DNA of 39,011 nt from an uncultured Dactylococcopsis sp. (GTDB lineage Bacteria; Cyanobacteriota; Cyanobacteriia; Cyanobacteriales; Rubidibacteraceae), in assembly GCA_964617275.1 (NCBI GenBank), contig CAZTXK010000001.1, positions 1 to 39,011 on the forward strand. The letters are read 5' to 3'. Made by a program: the position numbers and the translations under genes. The notes beneath the pieces are model-generated. The model did not search any database. It saw nothing but the letters and a program-made list of their open reading frames with translations, and was not told where the DNA came from. This document shows, piece by piece, positions 1 through 7,983 of the stretch (the stretch's first letter is position 1; each line of letters opens with the position of its first letter).

Positions 1-2
1 TG

Positions 3-1934
3 CGAGAAGTTTTGTCTCTATTAGCGCGATCGGCTAATCTCAACTTAGTCTTTGCGGATCAAGCCGAAGAGAAAGCACAACAAACCATTTCTGTTGATTT
101 AGAAAATGAATCCGTCCAGCAAGCCTTTAACTCCATTTTGCAGCTTTCTCGGTTACAAGCTAATCGCCGAGGCAATACCATTTTTGTCGGGTCCAATCTT
201 CCTCAAGGGGTACGAAATGTAATGACCCGAACCCTACGTTTAAATCAAGTCTCTGTCTCCGCCGCCTCTACTTTTTTAGCGACCCAAGGTGCAGAAGTGC
301 AACAAGTCGTTACCCCGGTGGAACGAGAATTTAACCAAGAAACTGGGGCCTTACTGCGAGAAACTGAACAGCCCTCAGAACTGAGAGCCCTCACCGCCGA
401 ACAACCAGAAGATGCAACTGGCGCTTTACTATTGGAGGGATTGTCAGTAGCAACGGATGAGCGACTCAACGCCATAACTGTAATTGGCTCTCCTCGCAAA
501 ATTTCCACGGCTGTTGACTTACTCAAACAACTTGATGCTCGTCGCCGTCAAGTCGCCGTTAATGTCAAAATTATCGATGTTAACCTGCTAAAAACAGAAA
601 ACTTTAATACCAGTTTTTCTTTTGGCATTGCTGATACCTTCTTCTCCTTTGATCGTGGAGAAGCCACTGTTGGTGTGGGACAATTATCACCCCCCTCTGC
701 CGATCAGGTACGCACTGGGAGTCTTAATCGCCCGATTATTCCCAATCCCAACCCCAGTCAACAACAATTTATTGATCCCCAAACGGGCGAACCCACCGAG
801 ATTCCTGATGATCCCTTTGAAACCGGAGTAACTGGCTCAAATCGCCTATTTTTGACTGCGGATGGGGATGCGGTTCCGGTGCAACAATTAGAAGGGTTTG
901 GTGGCAATAAAACCCCTTTAATCACTGAAAGCGCCCAGTTAGTACCTGCCATTGAAGGTCAAGCGGGAAGTTCTGGTTCACCTCCCTTATTTTTTGATGC
1001 CAATGGCAATCCTCGTTTACCCAGTGAACTACAACAAAATGGTGGTCAATTTCCAGCTTTAACTGATGAATCAGGCAACCTAGTTCCGGCAAGAGGAGCT
1101 GTGGAAGGAAGTGAAGGGGTTGCCCCCCGTTTCTTTGATCAAAATGGGGTTCCTCGTTTAATCAGTGAACTAGCCCCCTTTGGCGGAGAATTTCAACCGT
1201 TACAAGATGTTGGCAGTTTGTCAGATATTTTAGGCAGTGCGGCCCAATTAACGCGGAGTTTTTCTGACTTTATCAGTTTTCCCGATAAATTTCTAGCACA
1301 GTTACAAGCGACAGTAACCAGTGGCAATGGTAAAATTTTAACGGACCCAACCCTTGTAATTCAAGAAGGACAGACAGGTGGTGTTAAGCTTACACAAGAA
1401 GTTGTGGGTAATATTACCAGAGAAACTGAAACTAGCAACAACGTCACCACAATTACCACGACCGCAGAAATTGAAGAAGCCGGGTTAGAACTTAACATTG
1501 ACGTGCAACAAATCGATGATAATGGGTTTATTACCTTAAATGTGAATCCCACTGTCACCTCAATTGCTAACACACAGAATCTAAATATAGGTAATAATTC
1601 TAACCAAATTGCCCTATTAAATAGACGAGAGCTTAATTCTGGTGAAATTCGCCTTCGGGATGGTCAAACCTTAATTTTAGCGGGTATTATTCAGGATCAA
1701 GATCGGACAACTGTGAATAAAGTTCCAATTTTAGGCGATCTTCCCATTATTGGATCTTTGTTTAGAAGCACCGAGCGAGAGAATGTTCGTCAGGAAGTGA
1801 TTGTCTTGTTAACGCCTCAAATTTTGAATGATTCTCTAGAATCAGGGGGCGCAAGTGTCAATTATGAACCAGGTCCCGGGGCAAGAGAAATGCTAGAACA
1901 GCAAGGTTATCCCACTCCAAGGCGGCGGCGTTAG
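3..1934 (+). CDS. pilQ: Type IV pilus secretin PilQ-like protein (5' end lies upstream of the window)
   Basis: Frame is open from position 3 (REVLSLLARS), so the TTG at 12 is probably not the true start. N3-type segment (DERLNAITVIGSP..AVDLLKQLD) and secretin C-terminal motifs (ILTDPTLVIQEGQ, LRDGQTLILAGII, KVPILGDLPIIGSLFRS, EVIVLLTPQI). Confidence 0.85.
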   Translation, partial: REVLSLLARSANLNLVFADQAEEKAQQTISVDLENESVQQAFNSILQLSRLQANRRGNTIFVGSNLPQGVRNVMTRTLRLNQVSVSAASTFLATQGAEVQQVVTPVEREFNQETGALLRETEQPSELRALTAEQPEDATGALLLEGLSVATDERLNAITVIGSPRKISTAVDLLKQLDARRRQVAVNVKIIDVNLLKTENFNTSFSFGIADTFFSFDRGEATVGVGQLSPPSADQVRTGSLNRPIIPNPNPSQQQFIDPQTGEPTEIPDDPFETGVTGSNRLFLTADGDAVPVQQLEGFGGNKTPLITESAQLVPAIEGQAGSSGSPPLFFDANGNPRLPSELQQNGGQFPALTDESGNLVPARGAVEGSEGVAPRFFDQNGVPRLISELAPFGGEFQPLQDVGSLSDILGSAAQLTRSFSDFISFPDKFLAQLQATVTSGNGKILTDPTLVIQEGQTGGVKLTQEVVGNITRETETSNNVTTITTTAEIEEAGLELNIDVQQIDDNGFITLNVNPTVTSIANTQNLNIGNNSNQIALLNRRELNSGEIRLRDGQTLILAGIIQDQDRTTVNKVPILGDLPIIGSLFRSTERENVRQEVIVLLTPQILNDSLESGGASVNYEPGPGAREMLEQQGYPTPRRRR

Positions 1935-2004
1935 GATTCCGAAAAAGTCGTTAAAATTTAACTAAACCCGACCACAGGGAAAACATTATTGTCTGGTTTA
2001 GCTG

Positions 2005-2631
2005 ATGAGTATCGACACCACTCCAACTGAATTTTTCCGCCCTCAACCCACGGGAGATAGCGACCTCTTAAAACAGCTCTCTTTTCTCCCGGGGCTGAAG
2101 GATCTCCTGATGTTACGGCAAGTCCACGCCCTTGAACATGGCACAGTCTGGATTTTAAGCGAAGATGGAACGAAAATGGGGCAACGAGTGAACGTGTCTC
2201 CCACTCGCACCGATAATGAAACTTTGGGGGGACTATCCACAGAAAAAGGATTTTATCTCTATGGCGAAGTTCCCCTACAGCAATTACAACGTGGCGTTAG
2301 CATCGCTTTACAACGGTTTCGGGAAGGAGAATGGGACTTAGCGGTTCATCCCCGTTGTGGCACGAATGTTTCTGTGGCACTATTGCTGAGTGCAGGATTC
2401 ACTTTAAGCTCTCATGTCGTTTTGCCGAAAGACCCGATTTCGCAATTATTAGGGATGGGGCTGGGAATGACCGTGGCTTCTAGCCTTGCTACTGATGTTG
2501 GACAATGGACGCAAAAGTATTTAACGACGGCAGTGCCATTTAATTTGGAACTCGAAAATATTTACACAACCACTGATTTGTGGGGGCGTGAGGCAAATTT
2601 TGTGCAATTGAGATGGCGAAATTTGCAATAA
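2005..2631 (+). CDS. Conserved membrane-associated protein, DUF6391-like
   Basis: RQVHALEHGT and LAVHPRCGTN motifs followed by two hydrophobic segments; family recalled from memory. Confidence 0.6.
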   Translation: MSIDTTPTEFFRPQPTGDSDLLKQLSFLPGLKDLLMLRQVHALEHGTVWILSEDGTKMGQRVNVSPTRTDNETLGGLSTEKGFYLYGEVPLQQLQRGVSIALQRFREGEWDLAVHPRCGTNVSVALLLSAGFTLSSHVVLPKDPISQLLGMGLGMTVASSLATDVGQWTQKYLTTAVPFNLELENIYTTTDLWGREANFVQLRWRNLQ

Positions 2632-2712
2632 AACTTAAAATCAAAACCCACCCATAAACGACAAACTAGTAGTAGGCTTGGTTTAAAAAGTTATTTTTTG
2701 AGAAATTTAATC

Positions 2713-2976
2713 ATGGCAGAAGTCAATCGCAAAGATAAAGTTAGAATCCTTCGGAAAGAGTCCTACTGGTACGGCGACGTTGGTACAGTTGCCAGTGTCG
2801 ATAAAAGTGGCATCATCTATCCTGTTATTGTTCGGTTTGAGAAAGTCAACTACTCTGGGGTTAATACCAATAACTTCGGTTTAGAAGAAGTGGAAGTCGT
2901 GGAAGCGGCTCCCAAGAAAAAATCCAAATCTGGCAGTAAAGATGACAGCAAAGCTGCCGCTAGTAAAAGCGAATAA
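2713..2976 (+). CDS. psaE: Photosystem I subunit IV
   Basis: [47 protein letters not shown] signature; ATG at 2713 preferred over TTG at 2698. Confidence 0.97.
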   Translation: MAEVNRKDKVRILRKESYWYGDVGTVASVDKSGIIYPVIVRFEKVNYSGVNTNNFGLEEVEVVEAAPKKKSKSGSKDDSKAAASKSE

Positions 2977-2985
2977 GGCAGGTTA

Positions 2986-3819
2986 GTGCCAGAGTTACCA
3001 GAAGTAGAAACGGTTTGTCGTGGGTTAAATAAGTTAACCCAAGGACAAGTTTTTCAGGGTGGGGAAGTGTTACTCGAACGTAGCATTGCTCACCCTGTTT
3101 CTATTGCAGCGTTTTGGCAAGGCTTAAAAAATACACAAATAGAGCAATGGCAACGGCGAGGTAAATATTTATTAGCTAAATTATCTTCGGGGGGTTGGTT
3201 TGGTGTTCATCTGCGGATGAGTGGTCAGTTATTATGGCTCAAACAAGAGGAACCGTTAGCGAAACATACAAGGTTGCGTTTCTTTTTTCCCAATAAACAG
3301 GAACTGCGTTTCATTGATTTACGGACGTTTGGTCGCGTGTGGTGGGTTCCGCCTGAGTATGAACCGGAAACCATTATCACGGGCTTAAAGAAGTTAGGAG
3401 TTGAGCCATTTTCGGAGCAGTTTACGCCGAGCTATTTGCAAGCTCAATTAAAAAATCGTCGCTGTGCGATTAAAACAGCGTTATTAGATCAAAAAGTTGT
3501 AGCTGGAATGGGGAATATTTATGCGGATGAGGCGTTGTTTTTAAGCCAAATCTTCCCCTTGCGAGAGGCAAGAGATTTAAGTGATACAGAAATCGAGGAG
3601 TTACACCAAGGGATTCTTTCTGTTTTAAAAACGGGAATTGAGGAGGGAGGAACTACCTTTAACAGTTTTCTCAATCTTTTGGGGGTGAATGGCAACTATA
3701 TGGGAAAAGCGTGGGTTTATGGGCGGGAAGGAGAAACTTGTCGCTTGTGTCAGGGAGTGATTCAACGACACAAAATTAACGGGCGTTCTTCCCATTTTTG
3801 TCCTCAATGTCAGAAATGA
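2986..3819 (+). CDS. mutM: Formamidopyrimidine-DNA glycosylase
   Basis: N-terminal MPELPEVE, HLRMSG, H2TH GMGNIYADE, C-terminal zinc finger CRLC...CPQCQ. Confidence 0.97.
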   Translation: MPELPEVETVCRGLNKLTQGQVFQGGEVLLERSIAHPVSIAAFWQGLKNTQIEQWQRRGKYLLAKLSSGGWFGVHLRMSGQLLWLKQEEPLAKHTRLRFFFPNKQELRFIDLRTFGRVWWVPPEYEPETIITGLKKLGVEPFSEQFTPSYLQAQLKNRRCAIKTALLDQKVVAGMGNIYADEALFLSQIFPLREARDLSDTEIEELHQGILSVLKTGIEEGGTTFNSFLNLLGVNGNYMGKAWVYGREGETCRLCQGVIQRHKINGRSSHFCPQCQK

Positions 3820-4007
3820 TCCTGTTTGATGAAAAGTATCCATCTCAATCCCCCCTAACCCCTCTGGTGATTGGGGGGAAAAGAAGATGGGAAGGTAGCA
3901 CCAATTCTTATCCCGTTTGGTGAAAAGTACCCACCTAAATCCCCCCAACCCCCCTTCGTAAGGGGGGCTTAAGGAATCTGTAGCACCAATTATTCAAAAT
4001 GGTATTA
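3819..4007. repeat. Two tandem ~85-90 bp MITE/REP-like units
   Basis: Units at about 3819-3909 and 3910-3994 share ATCCYGTTTGRTGAAAAGTAYCCAYCT-AATCCCCCYAACCCC and GTAGCACCAATT. Unit 2 carries the CCCCCC-TTCGTAA-GGGGGG hairpin and is followed by AAATGGTATTA. Confidence 0.75.
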
Positions 4008-4016
4008 AAAATCGGA

Positions 4017-4850
4017 TTATGGTAGCCAAGGATAGTCGCGAAAATTAGGTTTTCGTTTTTCGAGGAAGGCTTGTTTTCCCTCACTTCCTTCTTCTGTCAT
4101 GTAGTAAAGAAGGGTGGCATTTCCCGCTAATTCTTGTAAGCCCATTTGTCCATCACAGTCGGCGTTAAAGGCTGCTTTGAGACAACGGATAGCGGTGGGA
4201 CTTTTATCTAAAATTTCATTTGCCCAGTTAATCCCTTCTGCTTCTAATTGTTCCACAGGGACAACTGTGTTGACTAATCCCATATCTAACGCTTGCTGGG
4301 CGCTATATTGACGACAGAGAAACCAAATTTCTCGGGCTTTTTTCTGTCCAACAATACGGGCGAGATAACTAGCCCCAAACCCGCCGTCAAAACTTCCGAC
4401 TTTTGGTCCAGTTTGCCCAAAAATGGCATTATCGGCAGCAATGGTGAGGTCACACATTAAGTGTAAAACATGACCGCCACCAATGGCGTAACCAGCGACT
4501 AAGGCAATGACGACTTTGGGGAGAGAACGAATTGCCCGTTGTAAGTCTAGTACGTTTAAGCGGGGGGTTCCCTCATCATCCATATAACCCGCTTTTCCCC
4601 TGACACTTTGGTCGCCTCCAGAACAAAAGGCATATTTGCCATCAGTATGGGGGCCAGCACCGGTTAGTAAAACCACGCCAATGTTGCGATCTTCGCGAAT
4701 ATGGGCAAGTGCTTCATAAAGCTCAAATACGGTTTGGGGGCGAAAAGCATTCCGTTTGTGGGGACGATTAATGGTCAGTTTGGCAATGCCATCTCCTTTT
4801 TCGTAGAAAATATCTTCATAGGTTTTAACGGTTTGCCAGTTTATTTGCAT
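4017..4850 (-). CDS. menB: 1,4-dihydroxy-2-naphthoyl-CoA synthase
   Basis: [40 protein letters not shown] crotonase-family MenB motifs. Confidence 0.97.
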   Translation of the reverse strand: MQINWQTVKTYEDIFYEKGDGIAKLTINRPHKRNAFRPQTVFELYEALAHIREDRNIGVVLLTGAGPHTDGKYAFCSGGDQSVRGKAGYMDDEGTPRLNVLDLQRAIRSLPKVVIALVAGYAIGGGHVLHLMCDLTIAADNAIFGQTGPKVGSFDGGFGASYLARIVGQKKAREIWFLCRQYSAQQALDMGLVNTVVPVEQLEAEGINWANEILDKSPTAIRCLKAAFNADCDGQMGLQELAGNATLLYYMTEEGSEGKQAFLEKRKPNFRDYPWLP

Positions 4851-4864
4851 TTCTTAACTTTCTG

Positions 4865-4972
4865 TATTGGTTATTCGTTATTGGTTATTCGTTATTCGTC
4901 ATTGCGAAGCCCTGAGCGGAGTCGAAGAGGTTGTTGGGCTACAAACAACGAAGGACAAACGACAAAGGACAA
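4865..4972. repeat. Heptamer tandem repeats (GTTATTC/G and GACAAAG types) flanking a CCCTGAGCGGAGTCGAAG palindromic element
   Basis: TATTGGTTATTCGTTATTGGTTATTCGTTATTCGTCATTG, then CCCTGAGCGGAGTCGAAG, then GAAGGACAAACGACAAAGGACAAA. Confidence 0.7.
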
Positions 4973-5157
4973 AAAAATCCCTTATTCTAGTTTTCCATTG
5001 GAAAGGGTGATGCTTGAGGAATTCTTTGTATTTTTTAATAATACTTAATATGTTGGTAACTTGCTTTGAAATCTCAACAATTTTTTATATTTTTTGTTCC
5101 TAATCCTTCTCTCAAATCGTTATGCTAAGAGAAGAAAGGTTATTTTGAATTAAGAAA

Positions 5158-5673
5158 ATGGATATTGTCTCTTCTGCAAAACGGAATCCTACACAATGGT
5201 CAGTTGTGGTTTTTGTAACGCTTTGCTTTTGGTTAAGTGCAAGCATGGTCTTAGATTTTGTCATTATTCCCTCTCTGATGCAAGCGGGAATGATGGCTGA
5301 ACCCGGATTTATTAGTGCTGGTTATTCGATGTTTGGTCTTTTTAATCAGATTGAATTACTCTGTGCTGGTCTCATTTTAAGTGGCTTTTTGGTTTTGAAG
5401 AGAAATCATATTCTGCCACAAGAACAAGGACAGTGGGCAATTATTTTTGCAACGTTTCTCTTGGCGATCGCTGTCATTTGTCGTTATTTTTTAACGCCGC
5501 AACTCAGTGGATTGGGAATTGACTTAAATTGGTTTGAAGCGAATCAAATTATGTCAGCAGAGATGATGAAGTTTCACTTTGGTTACTGGTTTTTAGAACT
5601 AACGAAATTTATTATGGGCGGACTCCTCTTAGTTTGGAGTTTTCAGGCTTGGAAACCAGAAAGAAGTTATTAA
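5158..5673 (+). CDS. Four-helix membrane protein, DUF4149-like
   Basis: Four hydrophobic segments; FNQIELLC, LTPQLSGLG and FHFGYWFLE motifs. Confidence 0.6.
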   Translation: MDIVSSAKRNPTQWSVVVFVTLCFWLSASMVLDFVIIPSLMQAGMMAEPGFISAGYSMFGLFNQIELLCAGLILSGFLVLKRNHILPQEQGQWAIIFATFLLAIAVICRYFLTPQLSGLGIDLNWFEANQIMSAEMMKFHFGYWFLELTKFIMGGLLLVWSFQAWKPERSY

Positions 5674-5948
5674 TCGGAGTCTTCTAAAATTAAAAGTTTG
5701 AGGGCAAGGAAGATAAACCCGATCGCGGCGAGAGCTTTTAAGAGACGAGTGGGGAGAAGTTGAGCGACTCCTCCTCCTAAGAGAACTCCAAGAAAACTTG
5801 CCGTAAGTAGAGCAACAATACAACCAAATAACACAGCTGTGGGGAATTTGCTATTTCCTCCCAGCGCGATCGCGGCAAGTTGACTCTTATCCCCAATTTC
5901 AGCCACAAAAACGGTAACGAACGTTAACCCTAATAATTGCCAATCCAT
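5670..5948 (-). CDS. Half-size UPF0016/TMEM165/GDT1 family transporter subunit
   Basis: Single AEIGDKSQLAAI motif and three TM segments. Confidence 0.88.
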   Translation of the reverse strand: MDWQLLGLTFVTVFVAEIGDKSQLAAIALGGNSKFPTAVLFGCIVALLTASFLGVLLGGGVAQLLPTRLLKALAAIGFIFLALKLLILEDSD

Positions 5949-5954
5949 ATAAAG

Positions 5955-6278
5955 TTAGACTCCTTCAATTACCTCACCCAACAATAAAACAGCAATCACT
6001 AATAGTAAAGAAGCGACCATAACTTCTAGTCGCTTTGGCGAAACCACTCTTGCTAACCATTGTCCTAACAACACCCCAATTAAACTGGTAGCAATCAAAG
6101 CTAGGGCTGCGCCAATGAAAACCACAAACGGCGATCGCGATTCAGCACTAATCAAAAGGGTTGCCAATTGCGTCTTGTCCCCAATTTCTGCAAGAAAAAT
6201 GGTAATAAAGGTGGAGATAAAAACGGCAGAGAAGCCTTGCTTAAAGAGGGTGGAAGCGCGATCGCTCTGATGAGTCAC
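5955..6278 (-). CDS. Half-size UPF0016/TMEM165/GDT1 family transporter subunit
   Basis: Single AEIGDKTQLATL motif and three TM segments; 6 bp upstream of its partner gene. Confidence 0.88.
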   Translation of the reverse strand: MTHQSDRASTLFKQGFSAVFISTFITIFLAEIGDKTQLATLLISAESRSPFVVFIGAALALIATSLIGVLLGQWLARVVSPKRLEVMVASLLLVIAVLLLGEVIEGV

Positions 6279-6439
6279 GGCTGATTATTAATTCTACAGG
6301 ATGTCCTGCTACATTGTATCGTGGCTGATAGTTAAACACTAAGCCCCTCTAAGAAAATGGAAACTAATTAAAGTTGTCAATCAGGATAGAAAACAATTAA
6401 CTTAGTCTTAGATTCAGTAATCAGTGGTAAACATCCACT

Positions 6440-7120
6440 TTGGGTTCGTTGAGTTATTCCTCGTCTTCTGACAAATATGCTTCTAATTCGCACTTTGACC
6501 GTTGCTTAAGGCGAATTGAGCAAGATGTTCTTCGCATGGGCGCATTAGTGGAACAATCCTTCCGTTTAAGTCATGAGGCTCTTTTTGATAAAAACATTGA
6601 AGTGACAAAACAAATTAATGCTCTTGATGAACAAATTGACCAATATTATCGTCAAATTGAACTTGATTGCGTAACACTCATGACGTTACAAGCACCCGTC
6701 GCGAACGATTTACGACTCATTTGCGCCTATATGCAACTAATCCGAGATTTAGAACGGATTGGTGATTATGCCGAAGATTTAGCAGAGTTTGCGCTGAAAC
6801 TATTTCCTTATTCGGCTCATGCTTGTTTACCTGAAGTGGCTGCCATGTCTCAGCAAACGCAAATGATGTTAGCCGCCAGTTTAGGGGCGTTGGCGGATTT
6901 AGATGATACCGCAGGAAGACGAGTTAAAGAAATGGATGATACGGTTGATGAGGCTTATGAACATCTTTATGCCACCCTAGCGAAAGATACTGATCTAACA
7001 GGGGGGGTAGAACCGATTTTATTATTAGGTTTAGTGATTCGACATTTAGAACGAATGGCGGATCACGCTACAAATATTGGGCAGCGAGTGTCTTATATTG
7101 TCACCGGCGATCGCGCTTAA
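6440..7120 (+). CDS. phoU: Phosphate signalling/transport regulator PhoU
   Basis: Duplicated PhoU motifs RDLERIGDYA and RHLERMADHATNI; QAPVANDLR. Confidence 0.95.
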   Translation: MGSLSYSSSSDKYASNSHFDRCLRRIEQDVLRMGALVEQSFRLSHEALFDKNIEVTKQINALDEQIDQYYRQIELDCVTLMTLQAPVANDLRLICAYMQLIRDLERIGDYAEDLAEFALKLFPYSAHACLPEVAAMSQQTQMMLAASLGALADLDDTAGRRVKEMDDTVDEAYEHLYATLAKDTDLTGGVEPILLLGLVIRHLERMADHATNIGQRVSYIVTGDRA

Positions 7121-7123
7121 GGT

Positions 7124-7157
7124 TCCCCCTCACTTTTAATTAGTGACAGAAGGGGGA
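7124..7157. terminator. Hairpin immediately after phoU, between convergent genes
   Basis: TCCCCCT(7124-7130)/AGGGGGA(7151-7157) plus CACT(7131-7134)/AGTG(7142-7145); no clear U-tract. Confidence 0.4.
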
Positions 7158-7243
7158 GATCAAGAAGGTTTTAGGGTTAGCCCGAGAATAGACATTGCCC
7201 AGGCTGCTCCCATGATTGCATAAATCCCCCACTTTATTGTTTT

Positions 7244-7558
7244 TCATCCAATTTTCAAGCGATACTCCATGCAAGTTTTTTGCTGTTCAGGAGTCATATT
7301 TTCAAAACGATGAATAAAATCTGCCTCTGCACGTTCTATCATTTCTTTTACCGTATTAGAAGAGGTATAAATCATCGCTTCGAGAACACTTTTTGTTAAT
7401 ACTTCAATATCATCACCTGGTTTAGAATTTTCAGTAATATTTCCCATAATTTCTTCTAAAGAAAAAATGTAAGCCTTGGGATAATTCTGTTTAGTGGCTT
7501 CCACGTATTGTGTATGCAAAGCTTGAAGTGTTGTTTCTTTGGTAGCTGTTAAAACCAT
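7244..7558 (-). CDS. Hypothetical 104-aa protein
   Basis: ATG-initiated ORF with protein-like composition and an AT-rich upstream region; no family recognised. Confidence 0.6.
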   Translation of the reverse strand: MVLTATKETTLQALHTQYVEATKQNYPKAYIFSLEEIMGNITENSKPGDDIEVLTKSVLEAMIYTSSNTVKEMIERAEADFIHRFENMTPEQQKTCMEYRLKIG

Positions 7559-7788
7559 AAGGCTTAGTATTAATAATGAACAATTTTAGGTTACTAATCA
7601 TTTTGTCCAATTAGCTGTTTACGATGAACGTTATTGATAATTTCCTTCCATCGGTAGATTTTTAAATAACAAGCACTTAACTTGAATTGATTAAAATAAC
7701 TTATTTTATCAGTTAATTTTACTAATCCCTTACTTAAAGCATTTATTAACACCATCTCCCCATCTCCCTCTCTCCCCATCTTCCCACC

Positions 7789-7872
7789 TAATAGTGATTT
7801 TATAAGAATGAAACAGCCCTGCCCTTTGAAAAGGGGGGTGGTGTGTAGTGCCAATTCTTAGAAATGGTATAA
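7789..7872. repeat. MITE/REP-like element, inverted relative to the copy at 36976-37084
   Basis: 7838-7872 GTGGTGTGTAGTGCCAATTCTTAGAAATGGTATAA is the reverse complement of 36976-37010 with 2 mismatches; CCCTTTGAAAAGGG hairpin. Left boundary uncertain. Confidence 0.75.
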
Positions 7873-7983
7873 AGTGAGGATTTCAATAGCGCGATCGCCT
7901 CTAGCAAGTGGCGAAGTCAGATCGCGCTTAAGATTACAAAAAAATCCCCCACACATGAGAGAAATTATAATTAGCTGCGTGAA

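Noticed and set aside
2905-2976. Lys/Ser-rich C-terminal tail on PsaE
   Set aside because: Variable low-complexity tails occur in cyanobacterial PsaE; nothing here supports a special function.
3625-3948. 107-aa minus-strand ORF
   Set aside because: Antisense to mutM and runs through a repeat element; no protein signature.
3819-4007. Repeat-spacer-repeat pattern as a mini CRISPR array
   Set aside because: Only two degenerate ~90-bp units, the variable parts are themselves G/C-run hairpins, and no cas genes are nearby.
6330-6420. Possible SphR/Pho box upstream of phoU (ATTAACTT..CTTAGATT)
   Set aside because: Only two weak matches to the PyTTAAPyPy(T/A) repeat in AT-rich DNA; not distinguishable from chance.
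7594-7854. 86-aa minus-strand ORF
   Set aside because: Starts inside a repeat element and crosses low-complexity AT-rich DNA; likely spurious.
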